Shown here one piece after another: positions 49,241 through 59,140 of a DNA stretch of 64,000 bases. Origin of the DNA: an uncultured Actinomycetota bacterium (lineage in GTDB: Bacteria; Actinomycetota; Actinomycetes; JAFAQI01); the NCBI GenBank assembly GCA_963770565.1, contig CAVYQE010000007.1, positions 32,001-96,000 of the forward strand, read 5' to 3'. The notes below the pieces were generated by a model. The model had not been told where the DNA came from and did not search any database. It was given only the letters and a program-made list of their open reading frames with translations. The position numbers and the translations under genes are program-made. Numbering within the stretch: the stretch's first letter is position 1; the number at the start of each line of letters is the position of its first letter.

Positions 49241-50779
49241 ATGACAACGACACTCGCGACCGCTCCGACCGGTGCCAGCCTGCAGCGGCTGGCCGAGGCG
49301 GCCTGGGAACGGGTCGGCGACCGATCGCTGCTGATCTTCGAGGGCGAGAAGTTCGACAGCGCGACGCTGGCCGCACGTACCCGCCGGTTCTCGCAGGGCT
49401 TGCGCGACGCCGGGTTGCGCCCGGGCGAGCGGGTGGTCGTCTGCATGTCGAACTGTGCCGAGGTCGGGATCACCTACGCCGCGGTCTGGCGGGCCGGCGC
49501 GGTGACGACGCCGGTGCTGTTCCTGCTCAGCGAGGACGAGCTCCGGCACGTGCTGGTCGACAGCGAGGCCGCGTTCGTCGTGACCACGCCGGAGTTCCTG
49601 CCGAAGGTGCAATCGGCCGGTGCCGGGGTCGCGACCCTGCGCGGGATCGTGCTCGCGGGAGATCCGGCTGAGGGAACGCTGTCGTTCGCCGAGCTCGAGT
49701 CGGCGGCCGACGGCGATATCGTCGACACCGACCCCGCCGACCTGGCCGCCCTGCTCTACACCGGTGGCACGACCGGCCGGTCGAAAGGCGTGATGCTCAG
49801 CCACAACGCGATGTCGGCCTCGGCCTGGGCGGCCACCACGGTGGGGTACGACCCGCAGCTGCACACCTCGCTGTTACCGCTGCCGCTGTCGCACGCGTTC
49901 GGGCTGTTGGTGTCGACGTTGAGCCTGCACGCTCCCGATCCCGGAACCGCGATCCTCATGCGATGGTTCGACCCGACCGGGTGGCTGACCCTCGCGGCGC
50001 AGCACCAGGTGCAGGTGGGCGCCGTCGTACCGTCGATGTTGCAGATGCTGCTGGCCCATCCGGTCGAGGACTACGACCTGAGCGCGCTGAGGCGGATCGC
50101 GAGCGGCGCCGCGCCGTTGCTGCACGAGACCCGCGACGAGGTGAGCCGGCGGTTGCCGTGGGTCGAGCTCGGCGAGGGCTACGGCTGCACGGAGTCCGCG
50201 GCGTTGATCGCCACTTCACCCCCTGGCGCGGTCCGGCCGGGCAGCGTCGGCAAGCCGGTGCCAGGCGTGGAGGTCCGGATCGAGACCCCTGACGGCCGCG
50301 ACGGCGGGGTCGGCGAGGAGGGCGAGATCTGCATGCGCGGGCCGAGCCTGATGACCGGCTACTGGCACAGCGAGGACGAGACCGCCTACGCGCTGCGGGA
50401 AGGCTGGCTGCACACGGGCGACGTCGGCCGGATCGACGCCGACGGCTACCTCTATGTGATCGACCGGCTGAAGGACCTGATCATCCGTGGCGGCCTCAAC
50501 GTCTACCCGCGCGACGTCGAGGACGAGATGCTCGGCCACCCGGACGTGGTGGCCGCGGCGGTCGTCGGCAAGCCGGACCCGATGTACGGCGAGGAGGTCG
50601 TCGCCTTCGTCCAACTGCGACCTGGTGCGGAGGTGACGGTGGAGGACCTGGTGGCTTATGCGCGGGAGCACATCTCGAAGGCGAAGTACCCGCGCGACGT
50701 ACGGATCGTCGAGCAGATCCCGCTGACCAGCGTGCTCAAGACCGACCGCAAGGCGCTCCGCGCCCAACTCACCCCCTAA
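49241..50779 (+). CDS. Long-chain acyl-CoA synthetase (AMP-binding)
   Basis: YTGGTTGRSKG, EGYGCTE, WLHTGD, DRLKDLIIRGG. Confidence 0.9.
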   Translation: MTTTLATAPTGASLQRLAEAAWERVGDRSLLIFEGEKFDSATLAARTRRFSQGLRDAGLRPGERVVVCMSNCAEVGITYAAVWRAGAVTTPVLFLLSEDELRHVLVDSEAAFVVTTPEFLPKVQSAGAGVATLRGIVLAGDPAEGTLSFAELESAADGDIVDTDPADLAALLYTGGTTGRSKGVMLSHNAMSASAWAATTVGYDPQLHTSLLPLPLSHAFGLLVSTLSLHAPDPGTAILMRWFDPTGWLTLAAQHQVQVGAVVPSMLQMLLAHPVEDYDLSALRRIASGAAPLLHETRDEVSRRLPWVELGEGYGCTESAALIATSPPGAVRPGSVGKPVPGVEVRIETPDGRDGGVGEEGEICMRGPSLMTGYWHSEDETAYALREGWLHTGDVGRIDADGYLYVIDRLKDLIIRGGLNVYPRDVEDEMLGHPDVVAAAVVGKPDPMYGEEVVAFVQLRPGAEVTVEDLVAYAREHISKAKYPRDVRIVEQIPLTSVLKTDRKALRAQLTP

Positions 50780-50785
50780 CCCGCT

Positions 50786-50870
50786 CCAAGCAATGTCACG
50801 TTGCCCAGGGGTTTCTTGGGGTGATGTCACATTGCCCCCACGAAGTGCGGGGCAATGTGACATTGCTTGG
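50786..50870. repeat. 79-bp REP-like element, copy 2 (85 bp with extended TIR)
   Basis: Perfect 14-bp TIR CCAAGCAATGTCAC/GTGACATTGCTTGG; 65/79 identity to 7835..7913; between convergent genes. Confidence 0.8.
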
Positions 50871-50872
50871 GG

Positions 50873-51394
50873 CTACTCGTCGAGGCGGCGGAGGTCGGTC
50901 TTGTAGCGGTGGCCGTTCTCGACGTAGAGGTCGACCGCGTGCTGGATCGCCTCGGGGGACGCGGACTCAGGCTTGATCTTGGCGGGGACTCCCAGCGCCA
51001 TCGCAGCAGCGGGTACGACGGTGTCGTTCGGCACCACCGCGCCGGCTCCCACGAGCGCCCCGGAATGGACGACCACCCGGTGCAGCACGACCGAGCCGGA
51101 CCCGATCAGCGCCCGGTCCTCGACCGCGCAGCCCTCCAGGTGCGCATTGTGACCAACAACACAGTCGTCACCGATCGTGGTCGGGTGGCTGTGTGTGGCG
51201 TGGATCACCGTGCCGTCCTGGATCGAGGTCCGGGCCCCGATCGTGATCGAGCCGTAGTCGCCGCGCAGGACCGCACCCGGCCAAACCGACGAGTCCGCAC
51301 CGATCGTCACCGACCCGATGACCACGGCGTCGGGGTGGACATAGGCACGCGGGTCGATCGACGGCACCTGATCGCCCAGGGCATAGACGGTCAC
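50873..51394 (-). CDS. Gamma carbonic anhydrase family protein
   Basis: Hexapeptide repeats, AVLRGD, SIQDGTVIH, VGHNAHLEGC. Confidence 0.9.
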   Translation of the reverse strand: MTVYALGDQVPSIDPRAYVHPDAVVIGSVTIGADSSVWPGAVLRGDYGSITIGARTSIQDGTVIHATHSHPTTIGDDCVVGHNAHLEGCAVEDRALIGSGSVVLHRVVVHSGALVGAGAVVPNDTVVPAAAMALGVPAKIKPESASPEAIQHAVDLYVENGHRYKTDLRRLDE

Positions 51395-51583
51395 TGAACC
51401 TCCTGAGTCCTCAGCAGCGTGTCTTGGGCAGGCATTCAGATGCCCGGCGTAGCCTCACAATCCGCTCAACATCATGTACCGTGCGCCCGCGCGGTGGGAT
51501 CACCGCCTGCCAGCGGGCATAAATCGGCCGCTGTGGCGTTACGTCTCGCGCAAGGACTACTTACTGAGGCAGGTATAGAGCAG

Positions 51584-51874
51584 ATGGCAACCGACTACGA
51601 CACCCCGCGCGCCACGGACGACGAGGCCACGGAAGACAGCATCGAGGAGCTGAAGGCGCGCCGCGATGCCCAGGCTGGCGCGGTTGACGTCGACGAGGCC
51701 GAGCTGGCCGAATCGCTGGAGCTCCCGGGCGCGGACTTGTCCGGAGAGGAGCTCACGGTCCGGGTCGTCCCCCGTCAGGCCGACGAGTTCACCTGTAGCC
51801 GATGCTTCCTGGTCCGGCACCGCAGCCAGCTCGCGGACGAGAAGAAAGGCATCTGCCGGGAGTGCGCGGCCTAG
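51584..51874 (+). CDS. DUF4193 family protein
   Basis: MATDYDTPR, ELPGADLSGEEL, EFTCSRCFLVRHRSQ, CRECA. Confidence 0.9.
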   Translation: MATDYDTPRATDDEATEDSIEELKARRDAQAGAVDVDEAELAESLELPGADLSGEELTVRVVPRQADEFTCSRCFLVRHRSQLADEKKGICRECAA

Positions 51875-52623
51875 GCGCCCGGCGGGCTTCCGCCGACGAC
51901 GAACCGGGCGATCTGCCCGGCGTCGTCGTACGCCTGATCGACGGCACTCCGCTCGACGCCCGCACCCGGGCCAGCCTGCTGCGCCGGCTCACGATCGGGC
52001 TGGCCGCCAGCGCCCGGGCAGCCGGCGCGCTCGCGGTGGGCAGCGGGCGCTGGCTCACCGACCTGGTCGTCGACTTCGCCCCCCACATCCCGATCAGGGA
52101 CGCGACCACGCTGCGCGCCCACTACGACGGCAAGTTCGGTGACGAGCTCGCAAGTGCACTGATCGACAACGCGGCGCGCGCCACGGCAGCCGTCGGCGCC
52201 GCGGGCGGCATCATCTCCTCGCTCGAGTTCGCGACTCCGCCGTTGCTGCTGACCTCGCCGGTTCAGGTCGCTGCCGAGACGATCGCCGTGGTCGCGATCG
52301 AGCTGAAGCTCGTCGCCGAACTGCACGAGGCGTACGGCTATCCGGCGACCGGCACCCCGGCGGTGCGCACTGCGGCCTACCTCGGCGCCTGGACCAGGCG
52401 GCGCGGGCTCGACCGCTCGCTCGGCGGGTCCGGCCTGCCCGGGCTGGTGACCGGTGCGGCCCGCAGGTCGTTGCGCAACCGGCTGGTCCGCCGGGCGGGG
52501 GAGAACGCGGTGACCGTCATGCCGTTCATGACCGGTGCACTGGCCGGCGCTTCGCTGAACTCGCGGGAGACCCGCCGGCTGGGCGAGCAGATCGCCGGCG
52601 ACCTCGGCGGTCACCCGCACTGA
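51862..52623 (+). CDS. Conserved hypothetical protein
   Basis: APHIPIRD, AIELKLVAELHE, LNSRETRRL; start uncertain. Confidence 0.65.
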   Translation: MRGLGARRASADDEPGDLPGVVVRLIDGTPLDARTRASLLRRLTIGLAASARAAGALAVGSGRWLTDLVVDFAPHIPIRDATTLRAHYDGKFGDELASALIDNAARATAAVGAAGGIISSLEFATPPLLLTSPVQVAAETIAVVAIELKLVAELHEAYGYPATGTPAVRTAAYLGAWTRRRGLDRSLGGSGLPGLVTGAARRSLRNRLVRRAGENAVTVMPFMTGALAGASLNSRETRRLGEQIAGDLGGHPH

Positions 52624-52632
52624 CCGGTCCGC

Positions 52633-53859
52633 TCAGGCGGTCAGGAAGCCGCGGACCAACGCGGCGGTCTCGTCCGGGTGCTCGAACTGCGGCACATGCC
52701 CGCACTCGGCCAGCACGACCGACTGTGACAGCGGCAGCGCCGAGGTGATGTGCCGCTCGAACGACGACGGCACCACCCAGTCGTGGTCGCCCCACACGAA
52801 CAACGCCGGCGGCTCCAGCCCCGGCAGCCGCTCCCAGAAGCCGTCTTCGCCGTACGCCGCCTCGAGGTAGATCTCCCGCATCGCGGAGTAGAAGGCGCGA
52901 CGGTGACCGTAGTTCCTCATCAGCCGCCGGTACTCATCGGCGGCTGCGTCGTACCACGCGTCCGGCAGCCGGTCCGGCCGGGCGAACAGCGAGCGGATCC
53001 CGAACACCACGGCCCGATGGGGTATCGGGTAGGGAAGCACGAGCGCGCCGGGCTGCAACAGGCGGACGAGCGGCACCAGCTGCCGCATCCGCCGAAACGC
53101 CGGCGACGGGCAGAGCAGCACCAGCCGGGACACCAGGTCGGGCGCGCTCAGCGCGGCCTCGATCGCGACCCGCCCGCCGAGCGAGTTGCCGACCAGCGTC
53201 ACCGGACCGGCGCCGACCGCGGCGCAGAACGCCTCCAGCCAGCTGGCCAGCTCGTGCGCCTGGTAGCGCCAGCGCGGCGCCGCCGATCCGCCGAATCCCG
53301 GGAAGTCCGGGGCGAGGACCCGATGGTCGCGCACGAGGTCCGGCAGCAGCGGCAGCATCGAGGCGTTCGTTGCGCCGAGGCCATGCAGCAGCACGACCGC
53401 CGGCGCGTCTCTGGGCCCGGCCTCGAGGTACGACGAACGAACCCCGCGCGCGGTCACGACGTTGACCACCGGGTGCGAGTCCGGCCGCTCGCCGACGTCG
53501 AACGCGCTGTCGATCTGAAGCGCGAACGCCAGATCGCCGCGCACGGTCAGGCCGTGGTCGAGGAAGGCGCCGACGCCGGACAGCTCGCCCTCGAGGACGG
53601 CGGCCAGGGTCACCGGATCGGCCGTGATCGTCGCCCGTGGGCGCGCGACCCGCCCGCGCTGCAGCCGCACCCGGCCCCGGTCGAGCGCAACCGTCCACGA
53701 TCCGACCGGCGGCGCGTCGAAGACCACGGCGCCGCGTTCGGTCGCGAGGGCCGACTGCACGCCGTCACTGACTCGGGCCGCGAACAGCGCGTCGAGGTTC
53801 GGGATAGCCGCCAATGTGCGCAGCGCGCTACCTCGACGGCCTAGCACGTCCGAGCTCAC
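52633..53859 (-). CDS. Alpha/beta hydrolase with N-terminal SCP2 (sterol carrier)-like domain
   Basis: SCP2-like ...AFLDHGLTVRGDLAFAL; LLHGLG, GNSLGG nucleophile elbow, WGDHD, CGHVPQ. Confidence 0.85.
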   Translation of the reverse strand: MSSDVLGRRGSALRTLAAIPNLDALFAARVSDGVQSALATERGAVVFDAPPVGSWTVALDRGRVRLQRGRVARPRATITADPVTLAAVLEGELSGVGAFLDHGLTVRGDLAFALQIDSAFDVGERPDSHPVVNVVTARGVRSSYLEAGPRDAPAVVLLHGLGATNASMLPLLPDLVRDHRVLAPDFPGFGGSAAPRWRYQAHELASWLEAFCAAVGAGPVTLVGNSLGGRVAIEAALSAPDLVSRLVLLCPSPAFRRMRQLVPLVRLLQPGALVLPYPIPHRAVVFGIRSLFARPDRLPDAWYDAAADEYRRLMRNYGHRRAFYSAMREIYLEAAYGEDGFWERLPGLEPPALFVWGDHDWVVPSSFERHITSALPLSQSVVLAECGHVPQFEHPDETAALVRGFLTA

Positions 53860-54197
53860 CGGGCCGGTTCGTCCATCCCCGGGGGAAGCGTGCCCGACGC
53901 CCGCCGCCAGGTCGCGGCGACCCGGCGCTGCGCCATCAGCTTCGCCGCCGCGATCACCGCCGCCGACGCGACCACCCAGGACGCCGCCTCGGCCCACCGG
54001 ACGTCAGGGTGCTCGGGGTTGGCCGGCGGCTCTTTGCCGGTCGCCTGCTTCCAGCCCACGGTCAACGCCCGCCGGGCGACCGCCGTACCGAACGCGGTGC
54101 CGATCCCGGCGAAGATCTTGTAGCCGAGCTTGCCGGGGTTCTTCGGCGGATCCTGCTTCTCGGCAGAGGCTGGATCGCTGTCGTCGTCGCGGGCCAT
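53856..54197 (-). CDS. DUF4235 family membrane protein
   Basis: WKQATGKEPP.NP...WAEAASW pattern. Confidence 0.8.
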   Translation of the reverse strand: MARDDDSDPASAEKQDPPKNPGKLGYKIFAGIGTAFGTAVARRALTVGWKQATGKEPPANPEHPDVRWAEAASWVVASAAVIAAAKLMAQRRVAATWRRASGTLPPGMDEPAR

Positions 54198-54290
54198 GGC
54201 CAACAGCCTGGCACGACCGGGCCGGATAGCGTGGGAGATCGAGCGAGGGTGCGGCAAGAACTGACAGTGGGGTAGTCCAGGATTGCGAGG

Positions 54291-55490
54291 ATGCGCTCAC
54301 TGTCGGTCGGCCAGGCCAGACGGCTGGCGATCGATGCGCAGGGCCTGAGCGGCGCCCGTCCGACCGTCACGCCCGATCGCCGGCATCTGCGCCGAGTGCT
54401 CAAGCACACCGGCCTCCTGCAGATCGACAGTGTCAACGTGCTGGCGCGGGCCCACTACCTGCCGGCCTTCTCCCGGCTCGGCCCCTACGACCCGGCGCTG
54501 GTCGACCGGATGGCGTTCACCCACCGCGAGCTGTTCGAGTACTGGGGCCACGAGGCAGCCCTGCTCCCGGTCGAGCTGCACCCGCTGATGCGCTGGCGGA
54601 TGGCGTACTGGGAGCGCCGGCTGACCAGCTGGGCCCGGTTGGCCAAGGTGGTCAAGGAGCGGCCCGGCTACGTGGAGTGGGTGTACGACGAGGTCGTCCA
54701 GCGCGGCCCGGTCTCGGCCGGCGAGGTCGCCGAGGACCAGAAGCGGGGCACCGAGGAGTGGGGCTGGAACTGGACGGACGCGAAGACCGCGCTGGAATAC
54801 CTGTTCTTCGTCGGCCGGGTCACCACCGCCGCCCGCCGCAACTTCGAGCGGCTCTACGACCTCCCGGAGCGGGTCCTGCCCGAGCGGATCCTCGCTCTGC
54901 CGACCCCCGACGAGCACGACGCGCAGCGCGAGCTGCTGCTGCTCGCGGCCCGGCTGCACGGCATCGGCACCCTCGGCGACCTGGCCGACTACTTCCGGAT
55001 CAAGAACCCGCAGGCCCGGCCGCGGGTCGCCGAGCTGGTCGAGGACGGCCGGCTAGAGGCGGTGGAGGTCCGCGGCTGGACCCAGCCGGCGTACACAGTG
55101 CCGGGCGCGATCGTGCCGCGGCGGAAGTCCGGCGGCTCGCTGCTGGTGCCGTTCGATCCGCTGATCTGGGAGCGCGATCGCACCGAGCGGCTGTTCGGGT
55201 TCCGCTACCGGATCGAGATCTACGTGCCCGCTCACAAGCGGGTGCACGGCTACTACGTGTTGCCGTTCCTGCTTGGCGACGCGCTGGTCGCGCGGGTCGA
55301 CCTCAAGGCGGATCGTGCGGCCGGTGTGCTGCGGGTCCAGGCGGCCTGGCGCGAGCCGGAGGCGCCGGGTCACACCGCCGAGGCGCTCGCCACCGAGCTG
55401 TCGCTGGTCGCGCAGTGGCTGGGTCTCGACGGCATCGTGGTCGAGCCGCGTGGCGACCTGGCTGCCGACCTGGCCCGCGCTCTGGGCTAG
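54291..55490 (+). CDS. ycaQ: YcaQ/AlkZ (HTH_42) family crosslink-repair DNA glycosylase
   Basis: LLQIDSVNV (QxD motif), FEYWGHEA, PFDPLIWERDR, YRIEIY...HGYYVLP. Confidence 0.9.
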   Translation: MRSLSVGQARRLAIDAQGLSGARPTVTPDRRHLRRVLKHTGLLQIDSVNVLARAHYLPAFSRLGPYDPALVDRMAFTHRELFEYWGHEAALLPVELHPLMRWRMAYWERRLTSWARLAKVVKERPGYVEWVYDEVVQRGPVSAGEVAEDQKRGTEEWGWNWTDAKTALEYLFFVGRVTTAARRNFERLYDLPERVLPERILALPTPDEHDAQRELLLLAARLHGIGTLGDLADYFRIKNPQARPRVAELVEDGRLEAVEVRGWTQPAYTVPGAIVPRRKSGGSLLVPFDPLIWERDRTERLFGFRYRIEIYVPAHKRVHGYYVLPFLLGDALVARVDLKADRAAGVLRVQAAWREPEAPGHTAEALATELSLVAQWLGLDGIVVEPRGDLAADLARALG

Positions 55491-55948
55491 CGGGCCGCGC
55501 GGATCTGGTTTCGGGACTGCTTGATCGCGGCCGCGAGCTCGTCCGGGTGACGGGTCGACACGACCCAGTACGGCACCGGATCGGGGTTGGCCAGGCGCAG
55601 CATCACCGAGGTGCCGATCCAGCCACGGACGACGGTGTGCGCCGCCGGGTCGGCCTGCGGCCCGAGCCGGAGCCTGGTCTCGGCCCGGTCGAGGGCGGAG
55701 ACCGAGGTGACCTGCATGACCGGCAGCTCCTCGTCACCGGCGATCAGGACGCCGTCGCGAAGCTGGACCCGGGCCCGGCCGCTCAGCGCAAGCGGCACGA
55801 TGAAGAACCCGATCATGAAGATCAGCACCGGGACGAGGACGACGTAGGAGAACCCCGAACCGACCTCGAGCGCGCCGAACACGACGATGCAGACGACGAC
55901 CGGCCACCACGTCCACGGCACCCGGAGGCGTTCGTCATGAGTCGGCAC
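55487..55948 (-). CDS. DUF3093 family protein
   Basis: [28 protein letters not shown]; TACCCT -10 box 7 nt before GTG; divergent from dut. Confidence 0.85.
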   Translation of the reverse strand: MPTHDERLRVPWTWWPVVVCIVVFGALEVGSGFSYVVLVPVLIFMIGFFIVPLALSGRARVQLRDGVLIAGDEELPVMQVTSVSALDRAETRLRLGPQADPAAHTVVRGWIGTSVMLRLANPDPVPYWVVSTRHPDELAAAIKQSRNQIRAAR

Positions 55949-55998
55949 GGCGCCCAGGGTATGCAGTGACCTCGCGGGTCGGTATGGTGCCGCCGACG

Positions 55999-56508
55999 AT
56001 GAGCCCCGATTCAACGGCCGACCCGAGCAGCACCGTCACGGTGCTGCTCCGGCGGCTCGACCCCGACCTGCCGGCGCCGGCGTACGCGCACTCCGGCGAC
56101 GCCGGCGCCGATCTCGTCAGCGCGGTCGACATCGAGCTCAAGCCGGGGGAGCGCGCGGTCGTGCCGACCGGTATGGCGATCGCGCTGCCGGCCGGGTACG
56201 TCGGGTTCGTCCACCCCCGGTCGGGGCTGGCCGCCCGATCCGGGTTGGCCATGGTCAATGCCCCGGGCACGGTCGACGCCGGATATCGCGGTGAGCTCCG
56301 GGTGATCCTGATCAACCTCGATCCGTCGAACCCGATCCAGCTGCGGCGCGGCGATCGGATCGCCCAGCTGATCGTCCAACGGGTCGAGCGGGCCGGCTTC
56401 GTCGAGGTCGACGAGCTGCCCGACTCGGCACGCGGGGACGGCGGGTTTGGTTCCACGGGCGGCTGGGCGGACCATGGAGCAGGGCTTGAGCGCTCGAGGA
56501 GGAGTTGA
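55999..56508 (+). CDS. dut: dUTP diphosphatase
   Basis: [41 protein letters not shown]. Confidence 0.95.
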   Translation: MSPDSTADPSSTVTVLLRRLDPDLPAPAYAHSGDAGADLVSAVDIELKPGERAVVPTGMAIALPAGYVGFVHPRSGLAARSGLAMVNAPGTVDAGYRGELRVILINLDPSNPIQLRRGDRIAQLIVQRVERAGFVEVDELPDSARGDGGFGSTGGWADHGAGLERSRRS

Positions 56509-57338
56509 CGGTGTTCCGACGGCGTCGCGCAGTCGAAGAGCCGCTGGATCCTGACGATCCGGACGGCATCGGCCAGTTCTTCGACGACGAACCGAACGGC
56601 GAGGACGACGTCGACGACGCGACCGGCCAGCCGGCCGACGACGCGGCTGCCGAGGAACCGCACGACGACGAGCCGGCCGGCGAACCCGAGCCGGCGGCGC
56701 CCTCGTCCGCGCCGTCCTACGCGGTTGAAGTCCCTGGCCACCCCCAGGGCCCTTGGGACTCCCACGACGTGCCGCACGACGACCCGACGCCACGGGTCGA
56801 TCTCGGTGGCCTGCTGGTGCCGATGCCCGACGGCATCGAGGTGCGGGTCGAGGTCCAGGACGAGACGCCGGTGGCCGCGACCCTGGTCGACGGCGCGAGC
56901 CAGCTTTCGGTGCACGCCTTTGCCGCGCCGAAGTCGAGCGGGCTGTGGGCCGAGGTGCGAGCCGAGATCGCCGAGTCGCTCACCGGAGCCGGGGGCTCGG
57001 CCCAGGATGCCGAGGGCCCGTTCGGCACCGAGCTGCGGGCCCGGATCCCGACCGAGAACGGAACCCAGCCGGCCCGGTTCATCGGCGTCGACGGCCCACG
57101 GTGGTTCCTGCGCGGTCTGTTGACCGGACCGGCGTCGACCGATCCCGCCCAGGCCAGCCGGCTCGAGGGCGCGTTCCGCGACATCATCGTCCAACGCGGC
57201 GGCGATGCCATGGCGCCGCGGGACCTGTTGCCGCTGCACCTGCCGCGCGAGGCGCGCGAGGTACTCGCGCCGCCACCCCCGCCCGATCGATCGCTGTCGC
57301 TGCCCGAACGCGGACCGGAGATCACGGAGCTGCGGTGA
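56505..57338 (+). CDS. DUF3710 family protein
   Basis: [30 protein letters not shown]; downstream of dut. Confidence 0.85.
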   Translation: MTVFRRRRAVEEPLDPDDPDGIGQFFDDEPNGEDDVDDATGQPADDAAAEEPHDDEPAGEPEPAAPSSAPSYAVEVPGHPQGPWDSHDVPHDDPTPRVDLGGLLVPMPDGIEVRVEVQDETPVAATLVDGASQLSVHAFAAPKSSGLWAEVRAEIAESLTGAGGSAQDAEGPFGTELRARIPTENGTQPARFIGVDGPRWFLRGLLTGPASTDPAQASRLEGAFRDIIVQRGGDAMAPRDLLPLHLPREAREVLAPPPPPDRSLSLPERGPEITELR

Positions 57339-57348
57339 GCGGGTACCG

Positions 57349-57732
57349 ATGAGCAAAGCCGATGAGGGGGGCCGGCTGCGCCGAGCGGTGCGCCGGTTGG
57401 CGAGTGAGGATGCCGAGCTCGAGGCGGACGACCTACAGCGTCAGTCGGCGGAGGACGGCGCGACGACGGTTGCCCAGTGTCCCGACCGCGGGATCGTCAC
57501 GGTCTTCGGCCGGGTGCGATCGCTGACCCTGCGGCCGCGAGCCGGCACGCCCTCGCTCGAGGTCGACCTGTACGACGGCAGCGGCACCGTGACGCTGGTG
57601 TGGCTCGGCCGGCGCGAGATCGCCGGCATCTCGGCGGGTCGCCAGATTCGCGCGACCGGCCGGATCACCTTGAGCGGATCTCGTCGGGTGATCTTCAACC
57701 CGCGCTACGAGCTAATCCTCCGCGACGGCTGA
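57349..57732 (+). CDS. OB-fold nucleic acid-binding protein
   Basis: LYDGSGTVTLVWLGRREIAGI, IFNPRYEL. Confidence 0.85.
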   Translation: MSKADEGGRLRRAVRRLASEDAELEADDLQRQSAEDGATTVAQCPDRGIVTVFGRVRSLTLRPRAGTPSLEVDLYDGSGTVTLVWLGRREIAGISAGRQIRATGRITLSGSRRVIFNPRYELILRDG

Positions 57733-58431
57733 CTCGCGGTCGATCGGTTCGCCGATCTGGCTCGGAGCGGTCGGCTGGGTGGCCAGCACGTCGTGCAGGG
57801 CGTCCTCCTGGTCGGGTGCCGCGACGAACAGCAGCTCGTCACCGCCCTCGAGCGGGTCGTCGGGACTCGGCACCATGACCCGGGCGTCCCGGAGGATCGC
57901 CACGAGTGCGACATCGGCCGGCCAGGCGATCGACCCGACTCGTTGGCCGGCGTGCTCGGTGTCCTGGGGCAGGGTGACCTCGACCAGGTTGGCCTCGCCG
58001 TGCCGGAACGACAGCAGCCGCACCAGGTCGCCGACCGTCACGGCTTCCTCGACGAGGGCGGAGAGCAGCCGGGGCGTCGAGACCGAGACGTCGACGCCCC
58101 ACGACTCGTTGAACAGCCACTCGTTGCTGGGATGGTTCACCCGGGCGACCACCCGCGGTACGCCGTACTCGGTCTTGGCCAGCAGCGATACGACCAGGTT
58201 GACCTTGTCGTCGCCGGTCGCCGCGATGACCACGGTGCAGTCCTGCAGCTGAGCCTTCTCGAGTGAGCTGATCTCGCAGGCATCCGCGAGCAGCCACTGC
58301 GCGCCTTCGACCGTGTCGGTCTTGAACGCCTTGGGCTCGCGTTCGATCAGGACGACGTCGTGGCCGTTGCCGATCAGCTCGCGGGCGATCGAGCGCCCGA
58401 CGTTGCCGGCTCCGGCGATCGTGACCTTCAT
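57712..58431 (-). CDS. trkA: TrkA family potassium uptake protein (CeoC-like)
   Basis: IAGAGNVG, ATGDDKVNL, TrkA-C domain. Confidence 0.9.
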   Translation of the reverse strand: MKVTIAGAGNVGRSIARELIGNGHDVVLIEREPKAFKTDTVEGAQWLLADACEISSLEKAQLQDCTVVIAATGDDKVNLVVSLLAKTEYGVPRVVARVNHPSNEWLFNESWGVDVSVSTPRLLSALVEEAVTVGDLVRLLSFRHGEANLVEVTLPQDTEHAGQRVGSIAWPADVALVAILRDARVMVPSPDDPLEGGDELLFVAAPDQEDALHDVLATQPTAPSQIGEPIDRESAVAED

Positions 58432-59096
58432 CCGTGCTCACCCGGGGCCTCGGCAAGAACGCCTTCGACTCGCTCGATCTCGCTGCGCAGCACGAGGACG
58501 TGCAGGAGGTCGCCGTCCTGGATCGCGGTCATCCGGGTCGGCAGGAGCGCCTCGCCGTACCGGGTCACGAACGCGACCCGCAGGCCCTCCGTGGCGTTCT
58601 GGACGTCGCCGACCGAATGGCCGACCCAGCCCTGGTGATAGGCCACCTCGGCCAGCGCAAGATGGCCGGTCGGGTCGGTCCACTCCGCGTGCGCGCCGTC
58701 GGGAACGAGCTGGCGCAGCATCGCGTCCGCGGTCCAGCGCACCGTTGCGACGGTGGGGATGCCAAGCCGGCTATAGACCTCGGCCCGGCGCGGGTCGTAG
58801 ATCCGGGCGACCACGTTGTCGATGCCGAACGTCTCCCGCGCCACTCGCGCCGAGATGATGTTGGAGTTGTCGCCGCTGGAGACCGCCGCGAACGCGGACG
58901 CCTCCTCGATGCCGGCTTCGATCAGGGTGTTGCGGTCGAACCCGACGCCGACCACCTGGCTCCCGGCGAAAGTCGGCGGCAGCCGCCGGAAAGCGGTCGC
59001 GTCCTGGTCGACGATGGCCACTGAGTGGCCCGCGGCTTCGAGGCTGTTGGCGAGGGTCGACCCGACTCGGCCGCAGCCCATGATCACGACGTGCAC
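58428..59096 (-). CDS. trkA: TrkA family potassium uptake protein (CeoB-like)
   Basis: IMGCGRVG, SSGDNSNI, ARIYDPRRA. Confidence 0.9.
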   Translation of the reverse strand: MHVVIMGCGRVGSTLANSLEAAGHSVAIVDQDATAFRRLPPTFAGSQVVGVGFDRNTLIEAGIEEASAFAAVSSGDNSNIISARVARETFGIDNVVARIYDPRRAEVYSRLGIPTVATVRWTADAMLRQLVPDGAHAEWTDPTGHLALAEVAYHQGWVGHSVGDVQNATEGLRVAFVTRYGEALLPTRMTAIQDGDLLHVLVLRSEIERVEGVLAEAPGEHG

Positions 59097-59140
59097 CGGC
59101 CTGACGCTACACGGAACCGGCGGGCCGTACGCTTGCCGTC

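Noticed and set aside
51497-51530. SigF/SigB-like or SigH-like promoter upstream of DUF4193
   Set aside because: Only partial matches (GGAT-N14-GGGCAT; GGCAT-N16-CGTT), too weak to call
54291-55490. AlkZ-type self-resistance gene marking a genotoxin biosynthetic cluster
   Set aside because: The QxD motif indicates the housekeeping YcaQ-like type, and no biosynthetic cluster is nearby
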